DNA of 64,000 bases from Bacteroidia bacterium (GCA_016742095.1 JACVCJ010000007.1:59854-123853); one strand, 5' to 3'. Shown: positions 1 through 9,015, counted from the first letter of the stretch. Translations and numbers: made by a program. Notes: generated from the sequence alone by a model not told the origin.

Positions 1-25
1 ACACACTCCGCTATCCTGAAATAAT

Positions 26-1615
26 ATGAAACGATTATTGGGAATAACCGTTTGTGCCGCATCCGTACTGGGTATCCAGGCACAAAGTTCAAAAGAATTT
101 GCCGACCAGCAATCAAAAATTGACCGCTTGTACCAGCTCCTCGAGAAGAGCTATACAACCGATATCGATCTGCAGAAAGTGACCGAAGCGGCCATCAAGG
201 CCTCGCTGAAGGAACTGGACCCGCACTCCTACTACCTCACGGCCGATGAGATCAAACAGTCGAACGAATCGCTGCAGGGCGGCTTCGACGGTATCGGCAT
301 CAGTTATATCCTGGAGTCGGACACCCTGGTGGTGACCAGCCTGGTAAAGGACGGTCCGGCCGAAAAAGCCGGCGTACTGCCCGGGGATAAACTGATACAG
401 GTAGACGATTCCCTGGTGTGCGGCAGCGACGAAAAAACACGGAAGATATCACAACTGCTGCGCGGTAAAAAAGGGACACGCGTTACCACACAGTTCGTGC
501 GCGAAGGCGAAGGCACCAAGACCTTTGAGATGGACCGCGATAAGATCCCCGTTTACACCGTGCCCTCCTGGTACATGGTGAACGACGAGATCGGCTACGT
601 TAAGATCGTACGTTTCGGGGCCGAGACCGGTAAAGATTTCCGGGAAGCGCTGAAAAAACTGAAAAAACAGGGCATGAAAAAACTGATCGTAGACCTGCAG
701 GACAATTCGGGCGGATACCTGAATACCGCGGTAGACCTCTGCGATGAATTCCTGGACAAGGAAAAGCTGATCGTATTCACCGAAGGTAAGAACAGTCCGC
801 GTAAGGACTTCTTCGCCAAAGCCGGCGGTATTTTTGAAGAAGGTGAACTGGTGGTACTGGTGAACGAAAATTCGGCTTCGGCCAGCGAAATTCTTTCCGG
901 CGCCATGCAGGACCATGACCGTGCCGTACTGGTAGGACGCCGCACTTATGGCAAAGGGCTGGTACAGAACACGTTCTACTTCAGCGACGGATCGGCCATA
1001 CGCCTGACCACGGCCCGTTACTTTACTCCCAGCGGACGTTGTATACAAAAGCCCTACGACGAAGGTACCGAGAAGTATTTCGAAACCCTGCGCAATCGTA
1101 TGGACAGCGGTGAACTGACCAGTGCCGACAGCATTAAAATGCAGAAGGAATTACAGTACGCCACAGGCAACAAACGCCTGGTGTATGCGGCTGGCGGCGT
1201 TATGCCCGATATTTTCGTACCCCGCGATACCCTGGAGAAAGACAGCACCCTGCGCAGCCTCAACCGTAAAAATGTTCTGTATCGTCATTGTGTACAGTAT
1301 ACCAATACACACCGCCGCGAACTGATGAAACACTATCAATACAGTTTCGCTAATTTCCTGAAGGATTTTACACTGCCCGAAGGCTATACGGCCAGTCTTG
1401 AAAACTTTTCGAAAAAACTGGACATCCCCTTCAGCTTCGGGGCGCTGAACAACCGGCAGGCTAACTATGTGGTTCACTTTACAAAAGCCAATATGGCCCG
1501 CATGCTCTGGGACAACAACGAGTACCAGCAATGCCTGAACGAAGAGGATGAGAGCGTTAAAAAAGCAATAGAATTATTAACTTTGAACAAAACAGCAGTT
1601 ATACTGGAAAAATAA
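26..1615 (+). CDS. S41 family carboxy-terminal processing (tail-specific) peptidase
   Basis: 529-aa ORF with ATG at 26. Has a signal peptide (MKRLLGITVCAASVLGIQAQ), a PDZ-like segment (GIGISY...GPAEKAGVLPGDKLIQVDD) and S41 catalytic motifs (NENSASASEILSGAMQD, TYGKGLVQ). Confidence 0.9.
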   Translation: MKRLLGITVCAASVLGIQAQSSKEFADQQSKIDRLYQLLEKSYTTDIDLQKVTEAAIKASLKELDPHSYYLTADEIKQSNESLQGGFDGIGISYILESDTLVVTSLVKDGPAEKAGVLPGDKLIQVDDSLVCGSDEKTRKISQLLRGKKGTRVTTQFVREGEGTKTFEMDRDKIPVYTVPSWYMVNDEIGYVKIVRFGAETGKDFREALKKLKKQGMKKLIVDLQDNSGGYLNTAVDLCDEFLDKEKLIVFTEGKNSPRKDFFAKAGGIFEEGELVVLVNENSASASEILSGAMQDHDRAVLVGRRTYGKGLVQNTFYFSDGSAIRLTTARYFTPSGRCIQKPYDEGTEKYFETLRNRMDSGELTSADSIKMQKELQYATGNKRLVYAAGGVMPDIFVPRDTLEKDSTLRSLNRKNVLYRHCVQYTNTHRRELMKHYQYSFANFLKDFTLPEGYTASLENFSKKLDIPFSFGALNNRQANYVVHFTKANMARMLWDNNEYQQCLNEEDESVKKAIELLTLNKTAVILEK

Positions 1616-1623
1616 AACAAGCA

Positions 1624-2130
1624 ATGAAAAAAAGAATAATACTACCGGGATTCTTTATGGTGGTGCTGGCATTCGCTTCCTGCGGAAATAAGTCGGCTGA
1701 ACAGACAGACAACACACAGGCAAACGCAACCAGTAACCCGGCTTCGCAACCGGCTACGGACATGAGCAATGCCCCTTTCCCGCCGAAAGATCCTGCGGCT
1801 GCCCCCAAACCGGCTGCCCCTGCTACCAAGATCGAGTTTGCCAAAATGGAGCATAACTTCGGTAAGATCAAACAGGAAAGCGAGAATACCTATGAATTCA
1901 GCTTTAAAAATACCGGCGAGAACCCGCTGATCATCACGTCGGCCAAAGGTTCCTGCGGATGTACCGTACCGGAATACCCGACCGAGCCTGTACAACCGGG
2001 CGCCAGCGGCAAGATCAAGGTAAAATACTCTCCCGGCCAGCAAAGCGGCGACCAGGAGAAGACCGTTACCATCGAAGCCAATACCGATCCTGTACAAACG
2101 ATCCTGAAGATCAAAGCCAAAGTAGGATAA
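1624..2130 (+). CDS. DUF1573 domain-containing lipoprotein
   Basis: 168 aa with a lipoprotein signal (LAFASCGN) and a low-complexity linker. The C-terminal domain carries the DUF1573 signature FGKIKQESENTYEFSFKNTGENPLIITSAKGSCGCTVPEY. Starts 8 nt after the S41 gene. Confidence 0.85.
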   Translation: MKKRIILPGFFMVVLAFASCGNKSAEQTDNTQANATSNPASQPATDMSNAPFPPKDPAAAPKPAAPATKIEFAKMEHNFGKIKQESENTYEFSFKNTGENPLIITSAKGSCGCTVPEYPTEPVQPGASGKIKVKYSPGQQSGDQEKTVTIEANTDPVQTILKIKAKVG

Positions 2131-2164
2131 TTTCCTGCCCGGCAAGATCATAAAAAACAAAAAA

Positions 2165-2196
2165 GCCATTGTTCCGTACGGTCAATGGCTTTTTTT
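2165..2196 (+). terminator. Rho-independent terminator after the DUF1573 gene
   Basis: Perfect 7-bp stem GCCATTG (2165-2171) / CAATGGC (2183-2189), followed by a T-run at 2190-2196. An A-run lies upstream. Confidence 0.75.
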
Positions 2197-2225
2197 AACC
2201 CAAACTCACAAACATCCTGACTCCT

Positions 2226-2906
2226 ATGAACAACCTTTGCAAACTGGCCCTTATCGGCAGCACCGTGCTGCTCAGCGCCTGCTGGTCCAACGACACCATT
2301 GAAAGTGAACACGTAAGCGCGGAAGAGGTCTTCCAGAACCTGAGCATTTCCGAAGACAGCGACGGAAAAGTATATGCCCGCGCCGTATACCGTGTGGGCG
2401 GCCCTACCGGCACCACCGTACTCCTGAGCGAACCCGGCAAGATACGGGTGAACGGCACCCGGCTCGGCTACTCCGAAATACTGTTCGGCGGCGCCCAGTA
2501 CAGCGGCGATATAAAGGCCGACAGCAGGGGCTACGATTTTGTACTTACCGAATACAGCGGCGAACAGCGCAGCTGGCATATACCGCGGGTACGGGCGGTC
2601 CCTCAGCACGATAGCATTATTATATCTCTTTCGCGGGGCGGAAAAATACCCATGCTGGTAAATGACATCAAAGGGGGCGATATGCTTACGGTAGAGATCA
2701 GCCAGCACGATACGTCTGCCCAGATCGAATCCAGGGCGAACCTGGTACGCCTGCAACCCTCCGAACTCAGGGCATTTAGACCCGGAAAGGCCGAGATACG
2801 GTTTTCCGGCGGCCGTTCGGGTAAAGTGGCGTATAAAGATCATATCGGGGGCAACTGGCACAGCAGTTTCAACAGCCCTGCCCGCGCTATTATTTTCCTG
2901 CCCTGA
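2226..2906 (+). CDS. hypothetical lipoprotein
   Basis: 226-aa ORF with a lipobox-like N-terminus (LIGSTVLLSAC). I recognise no family motif. Coding is supported by its length and by the terminator-like hairpin downstream. Confidence 0.6.
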   Translation: MNNLCKLALIGSTVLLSACWSNDTIESEHVSAEEVFQNLSISEDSDGKVYARAVYRVGGPTGTTVLLSEPGKIRVNGTRLGYSEILFGGAQYSGDIKADSRGYDFVLTEYSGEQRSWHIPRVRAVPQHDSIIISLSRGGKIPMLVNDIKGGDMLTVEISQHDTSAQIESRANLVRLQPSELRAFRPGKAEIRFSGGRSGKVAYKDHIGGNWHSSFNSPARAIIFLP

Positions 2907-2974
2907 TGCACAGAACAGTCCCTCCTGCAGGGCCTAAATGCCCTATTTTTAACACTTTATAACATATCATACAT

Positions 2975-3014
2975 CCCTTTCCGGGTAAAAAGCACTTCGG
3001 AAAAGGTCTTTTTT
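2975..3014 (+). terminator. putative intrinsic terminator of the 2226-2906 gene
   Basis: Hairpin CCCTTTCCG (2975-2983) / CGGAAAAGG (2998-3006) with one bulged A, followed by TCTTTTTTG. Confidence 0.5.
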
Positions 3015-3240
3015 GTGCTTAGTTAAATAGGCTGATTACAAGAACTTTTCGACGAAATAAGAGTAGAATGCACGTTTTTTCGACGTACATAATTTCATTC
3101 TGAAACATTTTTTAACATTTAGAAGTACATTTGTTCGCAGTTTCCGCGTTCTTCTTTACGCCACGACATTTATAAGGGTACATTGCGTAAAGCAAACAAT
3201 AACTATACAACAGACCAAACGCCGGCAATGTACCCGGAGG

Positions 3241-3274
3241 AGAGTAAGCTCAGGCTTACTCTTCTTTTTGTTTT
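3241..3274 (+). terminator. strong orphan Rho-independent terminator with no annotated plus-strand gene upstream
   Basis: 9-bp stem AGAGTAAGC (3241-3249) / GCTTACTCT (3254-3262) with loop TCAG, followed by TCTTTTTGTTTT. On the minus strand the hairpin is followed by CCTCCGGG, so there is no U-run and it is effectively plus-strand specific. Confidence 0.7.
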
Positions 3275-3284
3275 AAGCTGGTCC

Positions 3285-4286
3285 TCAAAAATCTTCCGCG
3301 ATCAGTCCCATATTGAGGGTAGCTCCGGCTTTTCCGCCCGCCGCCACGGCCAGGGCTACCGAACGCATCTGCGTGGTACAGTCGCCCGCGGCATATACGC
3401 CCGGCACACTGGTCTGCATAAGATCGTCGGTACGGATATACAGTCCGTTATCCAGTTCACAACCCAGTTCTGCGGCCAGCGTACTGTGCTGTTCCAGCTG
3501 CGGGTGATGGTACAGGGCCTGCAGCTCAAACGGTTGCCCATGTTCTGCCAGCAGGGCCGAGATATGACCGTTCTGATGCTGTATCCCCTGGATCCGCGCT
3601 TCCTGCACCTGTATGTTCTTTGAATGGAGTTTTTCTCTCTGTTCCGCAGTCAGTAAGGCCGGCCCATTGCTGAAAACGGTAAGCCGGTCGGTCCAGTTGG
3701 AAATGAGCCGGGCCAGTTCAAAGGCCTTTTCGCCCGAAGCCAGGATCCCGGTCGGCAGTCCGCGTACTTCGTAGCCGTGGCAATAAGGACAATGCAGTAC
3801 CGAAATACCCCAGCAGGCCTCTATACCTTCTATTTGCGGAAAGATCTCGCGTATACCCGTAGCCAGCAGTATACGCCGTGCCCGGAACGTTTTGCCGGAT
3901 GCGGTTTCCAGTTCAAAACGACCTTCTCCGGTCTTACGGGCGCTCAGTACGGTATCATTCAGCCAGCTTACCGTAGGGTATTGCATCACCTGCTCCCGGG
4001 CTTTAGCCGAAATGGCGGCCGGTGTTGCCCCGTCGTGTGTAATAAAATTGTGCGAATGCGGGGTCTGCCGGTTGCAGGGTTTGCCACTGTCGATCAGCAG
4101 TACCCGCCGTAAAGAACGGCCCAGGGCCATCGCCGCGGAAAGCCCCGCGTAACTGCCACCGATAATAAGTACGTCCTGTTCTGTCTGTATATTTTCCATG
4201 CCGTATGCGTGTATTTGCGGTAGCGGAAACAACAGTGACAAGCCGGCCGCAGAGGCCTTTTTTATAAATATACGTCTGCCTTCCAT
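3285..4286 (-). CDS. thioredoxin-reductase-like NAD(P)/FAD-dependent oxidoreductase with an apparent Tat signal peptide
   Basis: 333 aa with ATG at 4284-4286. FAD-binding motif DVLIIGGSYAGLSAA, redox motif HCPYCHGYE, and C-terminal GVYAAGDC. The N-terminus MEGRRIFIKKASAAGLSLLFPLPQIHA matches the twin-arginine RRxFxK pattern plus an h-region and an AxA-like cleavage site. An alternative start exists at Met30. Confidence 0.85.
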   Translation of the reverse strand: MEGRRIFIKKASAAGLSLLFPLPQIHAYGMENIQTEQDVLIIGGSYAGLSAAMALGRSLRRVLLIDSGKPCNRQTPHSHNFITHDGATPAAISAKAREQVMQYPTVSWLNDTVLSARKTGEGRFELETASGKTFRARRILLATGIREIFPQIEGIEACWGISVLHCPYCHGYEVRGLPTGILASGEKAFELARLISNWTDRLTVFSNGPALLTAEQREKLHSKNIQVQEARIQGIQHQNGHISALLAEHGQPFELQALYHHPQLEQHSTLAAELGCELDNGLYIRTDDLMQTSVPGVYAAGDCTTQMRSVALAVAAGGKAGATLNMGLIAEDF

Positions 4287-4348
4287 TGCTCCCGATTATG
4301 GGAACAAAGATACGGGAGAATTTCACAAATGCAACAATGTTGCAAATA

Positions 4349-5107
4349 TTACTTTGCCCGGTCCAGGTATTCCATGTATTTCAGGTAACGGCCTTCGGTA
4401 TCGGGGTAGCCGGAAATATAGTATTCCACGCTGCCTTTTTCCGTTTCGGGGTTCAGGCTGATCTTCGTAAGCAGGTGGTTTACCGTGCCCTCGTTCCCGT
4501 CGAGCACTTTTACGCCCGGCGGCAGCAGCCTTTCGATCTGTCTGCGGAAATAGATAAAATGCGTACAGCCCAGTACCAGGGCATCGTAACGGTTCCAGTC
4601 CACCGAATGGATCTTTTGCGTGAGGTATTGTTCCACCTCGGGCGTATCGAATTCGAAATGTTCGGCAAACATCACCAGGTTCTGCAGGGAAAGAAAGTCT
4701 ACGCGATCGTACACATTAAGGCCTACCACCAGGTTTTTCAGCTTTTCTTCCTTCAGGGTGCGGTCGGTAGCGGTGACCAGTATACGTTTATCGCCGCTGC
4801 TTTTCACGGCCAGCTTCACAGCGGGTTCCATACCCAGTATCGGGAAGCCGTATTTGCGGCGCAGATCTTCCACAGCCACACTGGTAGCGGTATTACAAGC
4901 CAATACCAGGGCTTTCAGGTGGTGCTGCACCAGCAGGTCCGTGGCGCTGAATACCAGTTCACAGATCTCCGGGCGGGATCTGGTACCGTAAGGGGCATTC
5001 AACGAATCGCCATAGTATACAAAATGTTCATGGGGAAGGCGCTTCACCGCTTCATGCAGTGCTGTCAGGCCGCCCACACCCGAGTCGAAAAAAGCAATTT
5101 TACTCAT
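4349..5107 (-). CDS. murI: glutamate racemase
   Basis: Motifs IAFFDSGVGGLT, ACNTAT and GCTHF. I chose the ATG at 5105-5107, because the longer ORF to 5128 begins at a TTG. Confidence 0.9.
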   Translation of the reverse strand: MSKIAFFDSGVGGLTALHEAVKRLPHEHFVYYGDSLNAPYGTRSRPEICELVFSATDLLVQHHLKALVLACNTATSVAVEDLRRKYGFPILGMEPAVKLAVKSSGDKRILVTATDRTLKEEKLKNLVVGLNVYDRVDFLSLQNLVMFAEHFEFDTPEVEQYLTQKIHSVDWNRYDALVLGCTHFIYFRRQIERLLPPGVKVLDGNEGTVNHLLTKISLNPETEKGSVEYYISGYPDTEGRYLKYMEYLDRAK

Positions 5108-5134
5108 GTAAAAACTAAGCTGTTCCAAAAGTAA

Positions 5135-6274
5135 TTAAAAATCGACCGTATACAGTTTTTTAAACGAACGTTCAGCGGCCGAAGCGGGCAAAGAACGGAA
5201 GAAAGCGTTGCGCAGCGCGATCAGCAGGCGATTTTCAAGTTGTGCGATACGCCCGATACGCCGGGAATTATTCACCACAAAATGCGTACGTGCCAGGCGT
5301 CGCTTCTCAAAACTGCGAAAGGCTTCTTTCCCGGAGGCATGCCGGTCCCATTCCTGGGCCAGCACCAGTGCATCCTCCACGGCCTGGCAGGCGCCCTGTC
5401 CCAGGTTGGGCGTGGTGGCATGTGCGGCATCGCCTATGAATACGATATTCCCGAAGGCAAAGCGTTTTACCGGCTCCAGGTCGCAGATATCGCTCCAGAT
5501 CAGTTTATCGTCTGTGGTAGCGGCCAGCACTTCGGGTATGGGATCGTGGTAGGCGGCAAACTGTTTTTGCAGGTCGACCACGCCGAAGTTCCGGTGCTTT
5601 TCGCTCTGCTGCGGAGCGTTGAGGCAGGCATACCAGTACAGTTGTCCTTTCAGGGGTGTGAGTCCGAAACGGCCGTCCCTGCCCCAGGTCTCAAACGCCT
5701 CGCTGATACCCGAACCAGGGTCATCGATCACTGCCCGCCAGCAGGTATAGCCGGCATAGCGCGGTTCCGAGCCCGGAATGAGTTTCTTCCGCAGGCGGGA
5801 ATGAATGCCGTCGGCCACCACCAGGTAGCGGGTATGCTGTGTGCTGCCGTCTTCAAAACGGATGGTCACTCCCCCGCTGTCCTGTGTAACGTCTACCGCT
5901 TTCTTCCCGCTGAAGAGTGTTACAGGGTCCAGTTGCGACAACAGGTAAGCATGCAGTCCGGCCCGGTGTATGGCAAAATTATCTAGCCCGTATTTTTCAC
6001 TTACGATCTTACTGTCGGTATAGGTGATCTGCCGGCCTTTGTGGTCACGGACAGAAAATGCGGGCAGTATACGCCCCCGCTCTATCACATCGGCGGCAAT
6101 GCCGAGTTCTTCAAAAGCCTTAATGGCATTCGCGGCCAGCCCGATACCGGCCCCGATCTCCCGGAATTGCGGAGCAGCTTCAAAAACAAGGGGCTCCAGT
6201 CCTTTTCTGCGGAAGGCCAGAGCTGCCGTAAGGCCCGCGATGCCTCCCCCGATAATGCTTATTTGTGCAGACAT
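5135..6274 (-). CDS. FAD-dependent (group A flavoprotein) monooxygenase
   Basis: Rossmann motif ISIIGGGIAGLTAALA at the N-terminus, plus DG motif VVADGIHSRLR and GDAAHATTPNLGQGACQAVEDA. Start ambiguous: an ATG at 6298 is also possible. Confidence 0.85.
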   Translation of the reverse strand: MSAQISIIGGGIAGLTAALAFRRKGLEPLVFEAAPQFREIGAGIGLAANAIKAFEELGIAADVIERGRILPAFSVRDHKGRQITYTDSKIVSEKYGLDNFAIHRAGLHAYLLSQLDPVTLFSGKKAVDVTQDSGGVTIRFEDGSTQHTRYLVVADGIHSRLRKKLIPGSEPRYAGYTCWRAVIDDPGSGISEAFETWGRDGRFGLTPLKGQLYWYACLNAPQQSEKHRNFGVVDLQKQFAAYHDPIPEVLAATTDDKLIWSDICDLEPVKRFAFGNIVFIGDAAHATTPNLGQGACQAVEDALVLAQEWDRHASGKEAFRSFEKRRLARTHFVVNNSRRIGRIAQLENRLLIALRNAFFRSLPASAAERSFKKLYTVDF

Positions 6275-6333
6275 ACGAAAGGTATATCCTCTTTGCATAA
6301 GGATGGTACAAAGATACGCAGAAAGCGGCGTAT

Positions 6334-6696
6334 TCAGGCGATCGGGTGACCGAATTGCAGAAGATATCCGTTGTTATCGAGCAGGGCAAATTCGCGCATC
6401 CCGAAGTCGAAATCTTCAATGGGGTAAAATACCCTGGCCTTGTCGCGGAATTCCTCCCAGAAAGCATCGGCATCGTCTACCGTAATGTAAATGGAACCGG
6501 TAAAGAGCGGTTTTTCAAAAGGCATATGCGCGTTGGGCACTGCGGCCATGATCTCTATATCGTCGCGGTGAAAGGAGGCCCAGCCCCATTCCTCACTGTA
6601 TCCGCCGCAGGTAAAACCCAGGCTGTTCACATAAAAATCAACTGTTTCGCGCAGGTTTGCGGTGCGGATGACCGGGCGGATCTCCTTACATCTCAT
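6334..6696 (-). CDS. VOC (glyoxalase / bleomycin-resistance fold) family protein
   Basis: About 120 aa from MRCKEIRPVIRTANLRETVDFYVNSLGF..., with a typical VOC N-terminal beta-alpha-beta pattern and C-terminal REFALLDNNGYLLQFG. Its ATG (6694-6696) overlaps the upstream TGA stop as ATGA. Confidence 0.75.
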   Translation of the reverse strand: MRCKEIRPVIRTANLRETVDFYVNSLGFTCGGYSEEWGWASFHRDDIEIMAAVPNAHMPFEKPLFTGSIYITVDDADAFWEEFRDKARVFYPIEDFDFGMREFALLDNNGYLLQFGHPIA

Positions 6697-7313
6697 GCGC
6701 CCTCCTTTCCTGTTTCTCCGTAGCATTTCCTGTACAGGCGTTCTTTTACACCGCCTTCCCATTCCTGTTTCAGGATGCTCAGTATCACACTGTCGCGGCG
6801 ATGTCCGTCCGAGGCCGGCATATGACTGCGCAGTGTACCTTCCAGGGTACAGCCGATGCTTTTCATGGCGGCTATACTGCGTGTATTGCGCGCGTCGGCC
6901 CGGAATTCCACCCGCATGCTCTCCAGTTTTTCAAAGGCGAACTGCAGCATCAGGTATTTGCAGTGCTTATTGAGCCCGGTCCCCTGGAAAGCTTTCCCGT
7001 ACCAGGTATAGCCCAGTTCCAGGGTCTCGTGTTCCAGCTGAATGTTGTAAAAACGGGTACTGCCGGCAAAGGCGTTGCTGCGTTTATCGATCACCGCAAA
7101 GGGATACTGCTGCCCGGATGCGCGGCCCAGCAGCGCCGAATCCAGGTACTGCTTCATATTGCGGGCCCCGTCTCCCGGCTGGGTGGAATAATCCCAGAGC
7201 TCCGGCTCATTGAGGGCATAAGGCAGCATGTGCGCATAGTCGCCGGGGGTGAGGGGTACCAGTTTGGCTATGTTGTCCTCGAGGACATAATTGGTATTAA
7301 AATCGATTTGCAT
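6693..7313 (-). CDS. GNAT family N-acetyltransferase (RimJ/RimL-like)
   Basis: 206 aa with the pattern LVPLTPGD...LELGYTWYGKAFQGTGLNKHCKYLMLQFAFEKL...RVEFRADARNTRSIAAMKSIG, typical of this GNAT subgroup. Confidence 0.8.
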   Translation of the reverse strand: MQIDFNTNYVLEDNIAKLVPLTPGDYAHMLPYALNEPELWDYSTQPGDGARNMKQYLDSALLGRASGQQYPFAVIDKRSNAFAGSTRFYNIQLEHETLELGYTWYGKAFQGTGLNKHCKYLMLQFAFEKLESMRVEFRADARNTRSIAAMKSIGCTLEGTLRSHMPASDGHRRDSVILSILKQEWEGGVKERLYRKCYGETGKEGA

Positions 7314-7341
7314 GCACCCAATTTACGGCAGAAACGGGAAT

Positions 7342-7371
7342 AAAAAAAGACCGTCTCATTAAGAAACGGTC
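7342..7371 (-). terminator. Rho-independent terminator after rpmE
   Basis: On the minus strand: stem GACCGT / ACGGTC (plus coordinates 7349-7354 and 7366-7371), followed by TTTTTTTA (7342-7348). Confidence 0.75.
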
Positions 7372-7398
7372 CGCAAATCAAAATTGAAAGAAATATGC

Positions 7399-7653
7399 TT
7401 ATTTCTTGCCCATTCCGTAACGGTTCTTGAATTTGTCGATACGGCCAGCGGTATCCACAAGCTTCATTTTACCGGTATAGAACGGGTGAGAAGTGCTTGA
7501 AATCTCGAGTTTATAGAGCGGATATTCGTTACCATCTTCCCAAACAATGGTCTCTTTCGTGTTCACACACGATTTGGTAAGGAACATATCTTCGTTGGAC
7601 ATATCCTTGAATACAACGGGGCGGTAACTTTCCGGATGAATATCTTTTTTCAT
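7399..7653 (-). CDS. rpmE: 50S ribosomal protein L31, type B (non-zinc form)
   Basis: 84 aa, [17 protein letters not shown]...[21 protein letters not shown]. It has a single Cys and no CxxC pair, which marks type B. Confidence 0.95.
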   Translation of the reverse strand: MKKDIHPESYRPVVFKDMSNEDMFLTKSCVNTKETIVWEDGNEYPLYKLEISSTSHPFYTGKMKLVDTAGRIDKFKNRYGMGKK

Positions 7654-7676
7654 TTCCTGCTTATTTTTTGGGACTG

Positions 7677-7705
7677 CAAATTTAACACAAAAATCTTTAT
7701 CACAA
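7677..7705 (-). promoter_or_regulatory. Bacteroidota-type promoter for rpmE (-7 TAAATTTG, upstream TTG)
   Basis: On the minus strand, TAAATTTG (plus coordinates 7677-7684) matches TAnnTTTG and lies about 24 nt upstream of the ATG. A TTG at 7703-7705 lies about 18 nt further upstream. Confidence 0.45.
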
Positions 7706-7731
7706 AATTTTAGTTCAAAAATATTTTGCGG

Positions 7732-9015
7732 CTAACGTACCCGGAATGCATCCTTTACCGGTTCGGGCATACGGAAATTATGGCCTTCCGGACTTTCGTA
7801 CACCAACCGGTACACGTTGTGCAGTACCATATAATCCAGGCCCGTATTCTGCGCTTCGGGAAAAAAGCTGTCGCCCTTCCGGTAACTTTTGCGGGAAGCC
7901 AGCCAGCGGTTGCTCGCGTTCCAGGTACCCGGCGTATTGCGTGCGGGTCCGCCCACAGGCGCTTCCAGCAGCAGTTTTTCCACCTTGCGTGCAAACGCCT
8001 GTGAGCCGGGTTTTGCGTCGCGGTACAACACGCGGTGTACCAGCGGGAACACCGGTTTATTCCAGAGCCGGTCGTACAGTTTCAGCACTTCGGCCGTACG
8101 TTTTGTGCCGCCCCAGGCATTGCCTTCCGTGGCCAGCAGCATTACCATGGCCCGGTTAAAAAACACGGGAATCATCCCCGTTTGGGTGAGCGGCCAGGAA
8201 AAAGAAGAAACAGCGGCCGGTTTTTCCAGTCCTTCCGGCGCCTTGCCTCCGTTCAGGAATACGCCCACCCGGTACAGCGGACGGGAAAAAATACGTGCGT
8301 CCGGCCCTCGGTAGAGCGGCTTTCCGGTAACCGGATTGTGTATGTGCCAGTTGTTCTGCGACATAAAACGCAGGATACGAAGGCCCGTTTCCGCGGCTTT
8401 ACTCCGCGGGGCATAGCCGTTAAAGGCGGCTTCTTCGGGCAGGAGCGCATAGGTAAGACAAAGGCCCTGCAACAGGTGGATCACCTGGTCCTGGCTCATT
8501 TCATTATCGCTCATGGGCCGGGCGGGCGTCTGCTGCCCCAGCAGGTAATCGCTGTAAATGAGCTGCGTACCCGGGAAAAAATGTTTATACGAAGTATCTA
8601 TGTCGTCGCGCACGAAAAAACCGTTCAGGACAGGTTCTCCGTAGCGTCCCGAGGCATCGGCGTAGAGGGTTTCAGCTAACAGATCGAGCCGTTCCACCGC
8701 CTGCAGGGCATAGCAGAGTTCCTGTAAGGTAATATCGGTAGGAGCTCCCGAGCGTTTCAGCAGCGCATATTCCGTGGCCAGGGCCGAAACGTACCAGCCG
8801 TGATAGGTGATCACATCGCCGAAATACAGTCCGCGACGGCCGTCCTTCAGGGTAATGGCCTGTGCGGCACAGATGCTGCGGCCCGGACCGGTCCCCGTTA
8901 CCACAAAACCGTCCCAGAGACGCTTGCGGTACGTCCAGTACTTGTCCGTTATATCCTGTGCATGCAGCAGGGACATACTCATCAGCGCGGTTATGCTCAG
9001 GAGTAAATGACGCAT
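7732..9015 (-). CDS. hypothetical secreted protein
   Basis: Long ORF. I chose the ATG at 9013-9015, which gives the signal peptide MRHLLLSITALMSMSLLHAQ. No family recognised. Overlaps the 3' end of bshC by 19 nt. Confidence 0.6.
   Translation of the reverse strand: MRHLLLSITALMSMSLLHAQDITDKYWTYRKRLWDGFVVTGTGPGRSICAAQAITLKDGRRGLYFGDVITYHGWYVSALATEYALLKRSGAPTDITLQELCYALQAVERLDLLAETLYADASGRYGEPVLNGFFVRDDIDTSYKHFFPGTQLIYSDYLLGQQTPARPMSDNEMSQDQVIHLLQGLCLTYALLPEEAAFNGYAPRSKAAETGLRILRFMSQNNWHIHNPVTGKPLYRGPDARIFSRPLYRVGVFLNGGKAPEGLEKPAAVSSFSWPLTQTGMIPVFFNRAMVMLLATEGNAWGGTKRTAEVLKLYDRLWNKPVFPLVHRVLYRDAKPGSQAFARKVEKLLLEAPVGGPARNTPGTWNASNRWLASRKSYRKGDSFFPEAQNTGLDYMVLHNVYRLVYESPEGHNFRMPEPVKDAFRVR

Noticed and set aside
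3183-3623. A 146-aa plus-strand ORF starting in the 2907-3284 spacer.
   Set aside because: Most of it is antisense to the well-supported oxidoreductase gene. It also runs straight through the strong plus-strand terminator at 3241-3274. It has no motifs.
5135-6298. The FAD monooxygenase as a TetX-type tetracycline-inactivating enzyme.
   Set aside because: It shares only the generic group-A flavin monooxygenase motifs (GxGxxG, DG, GDAAH). The rest of the sequence does not resemble TetX as I remember it. No resistance call is made.
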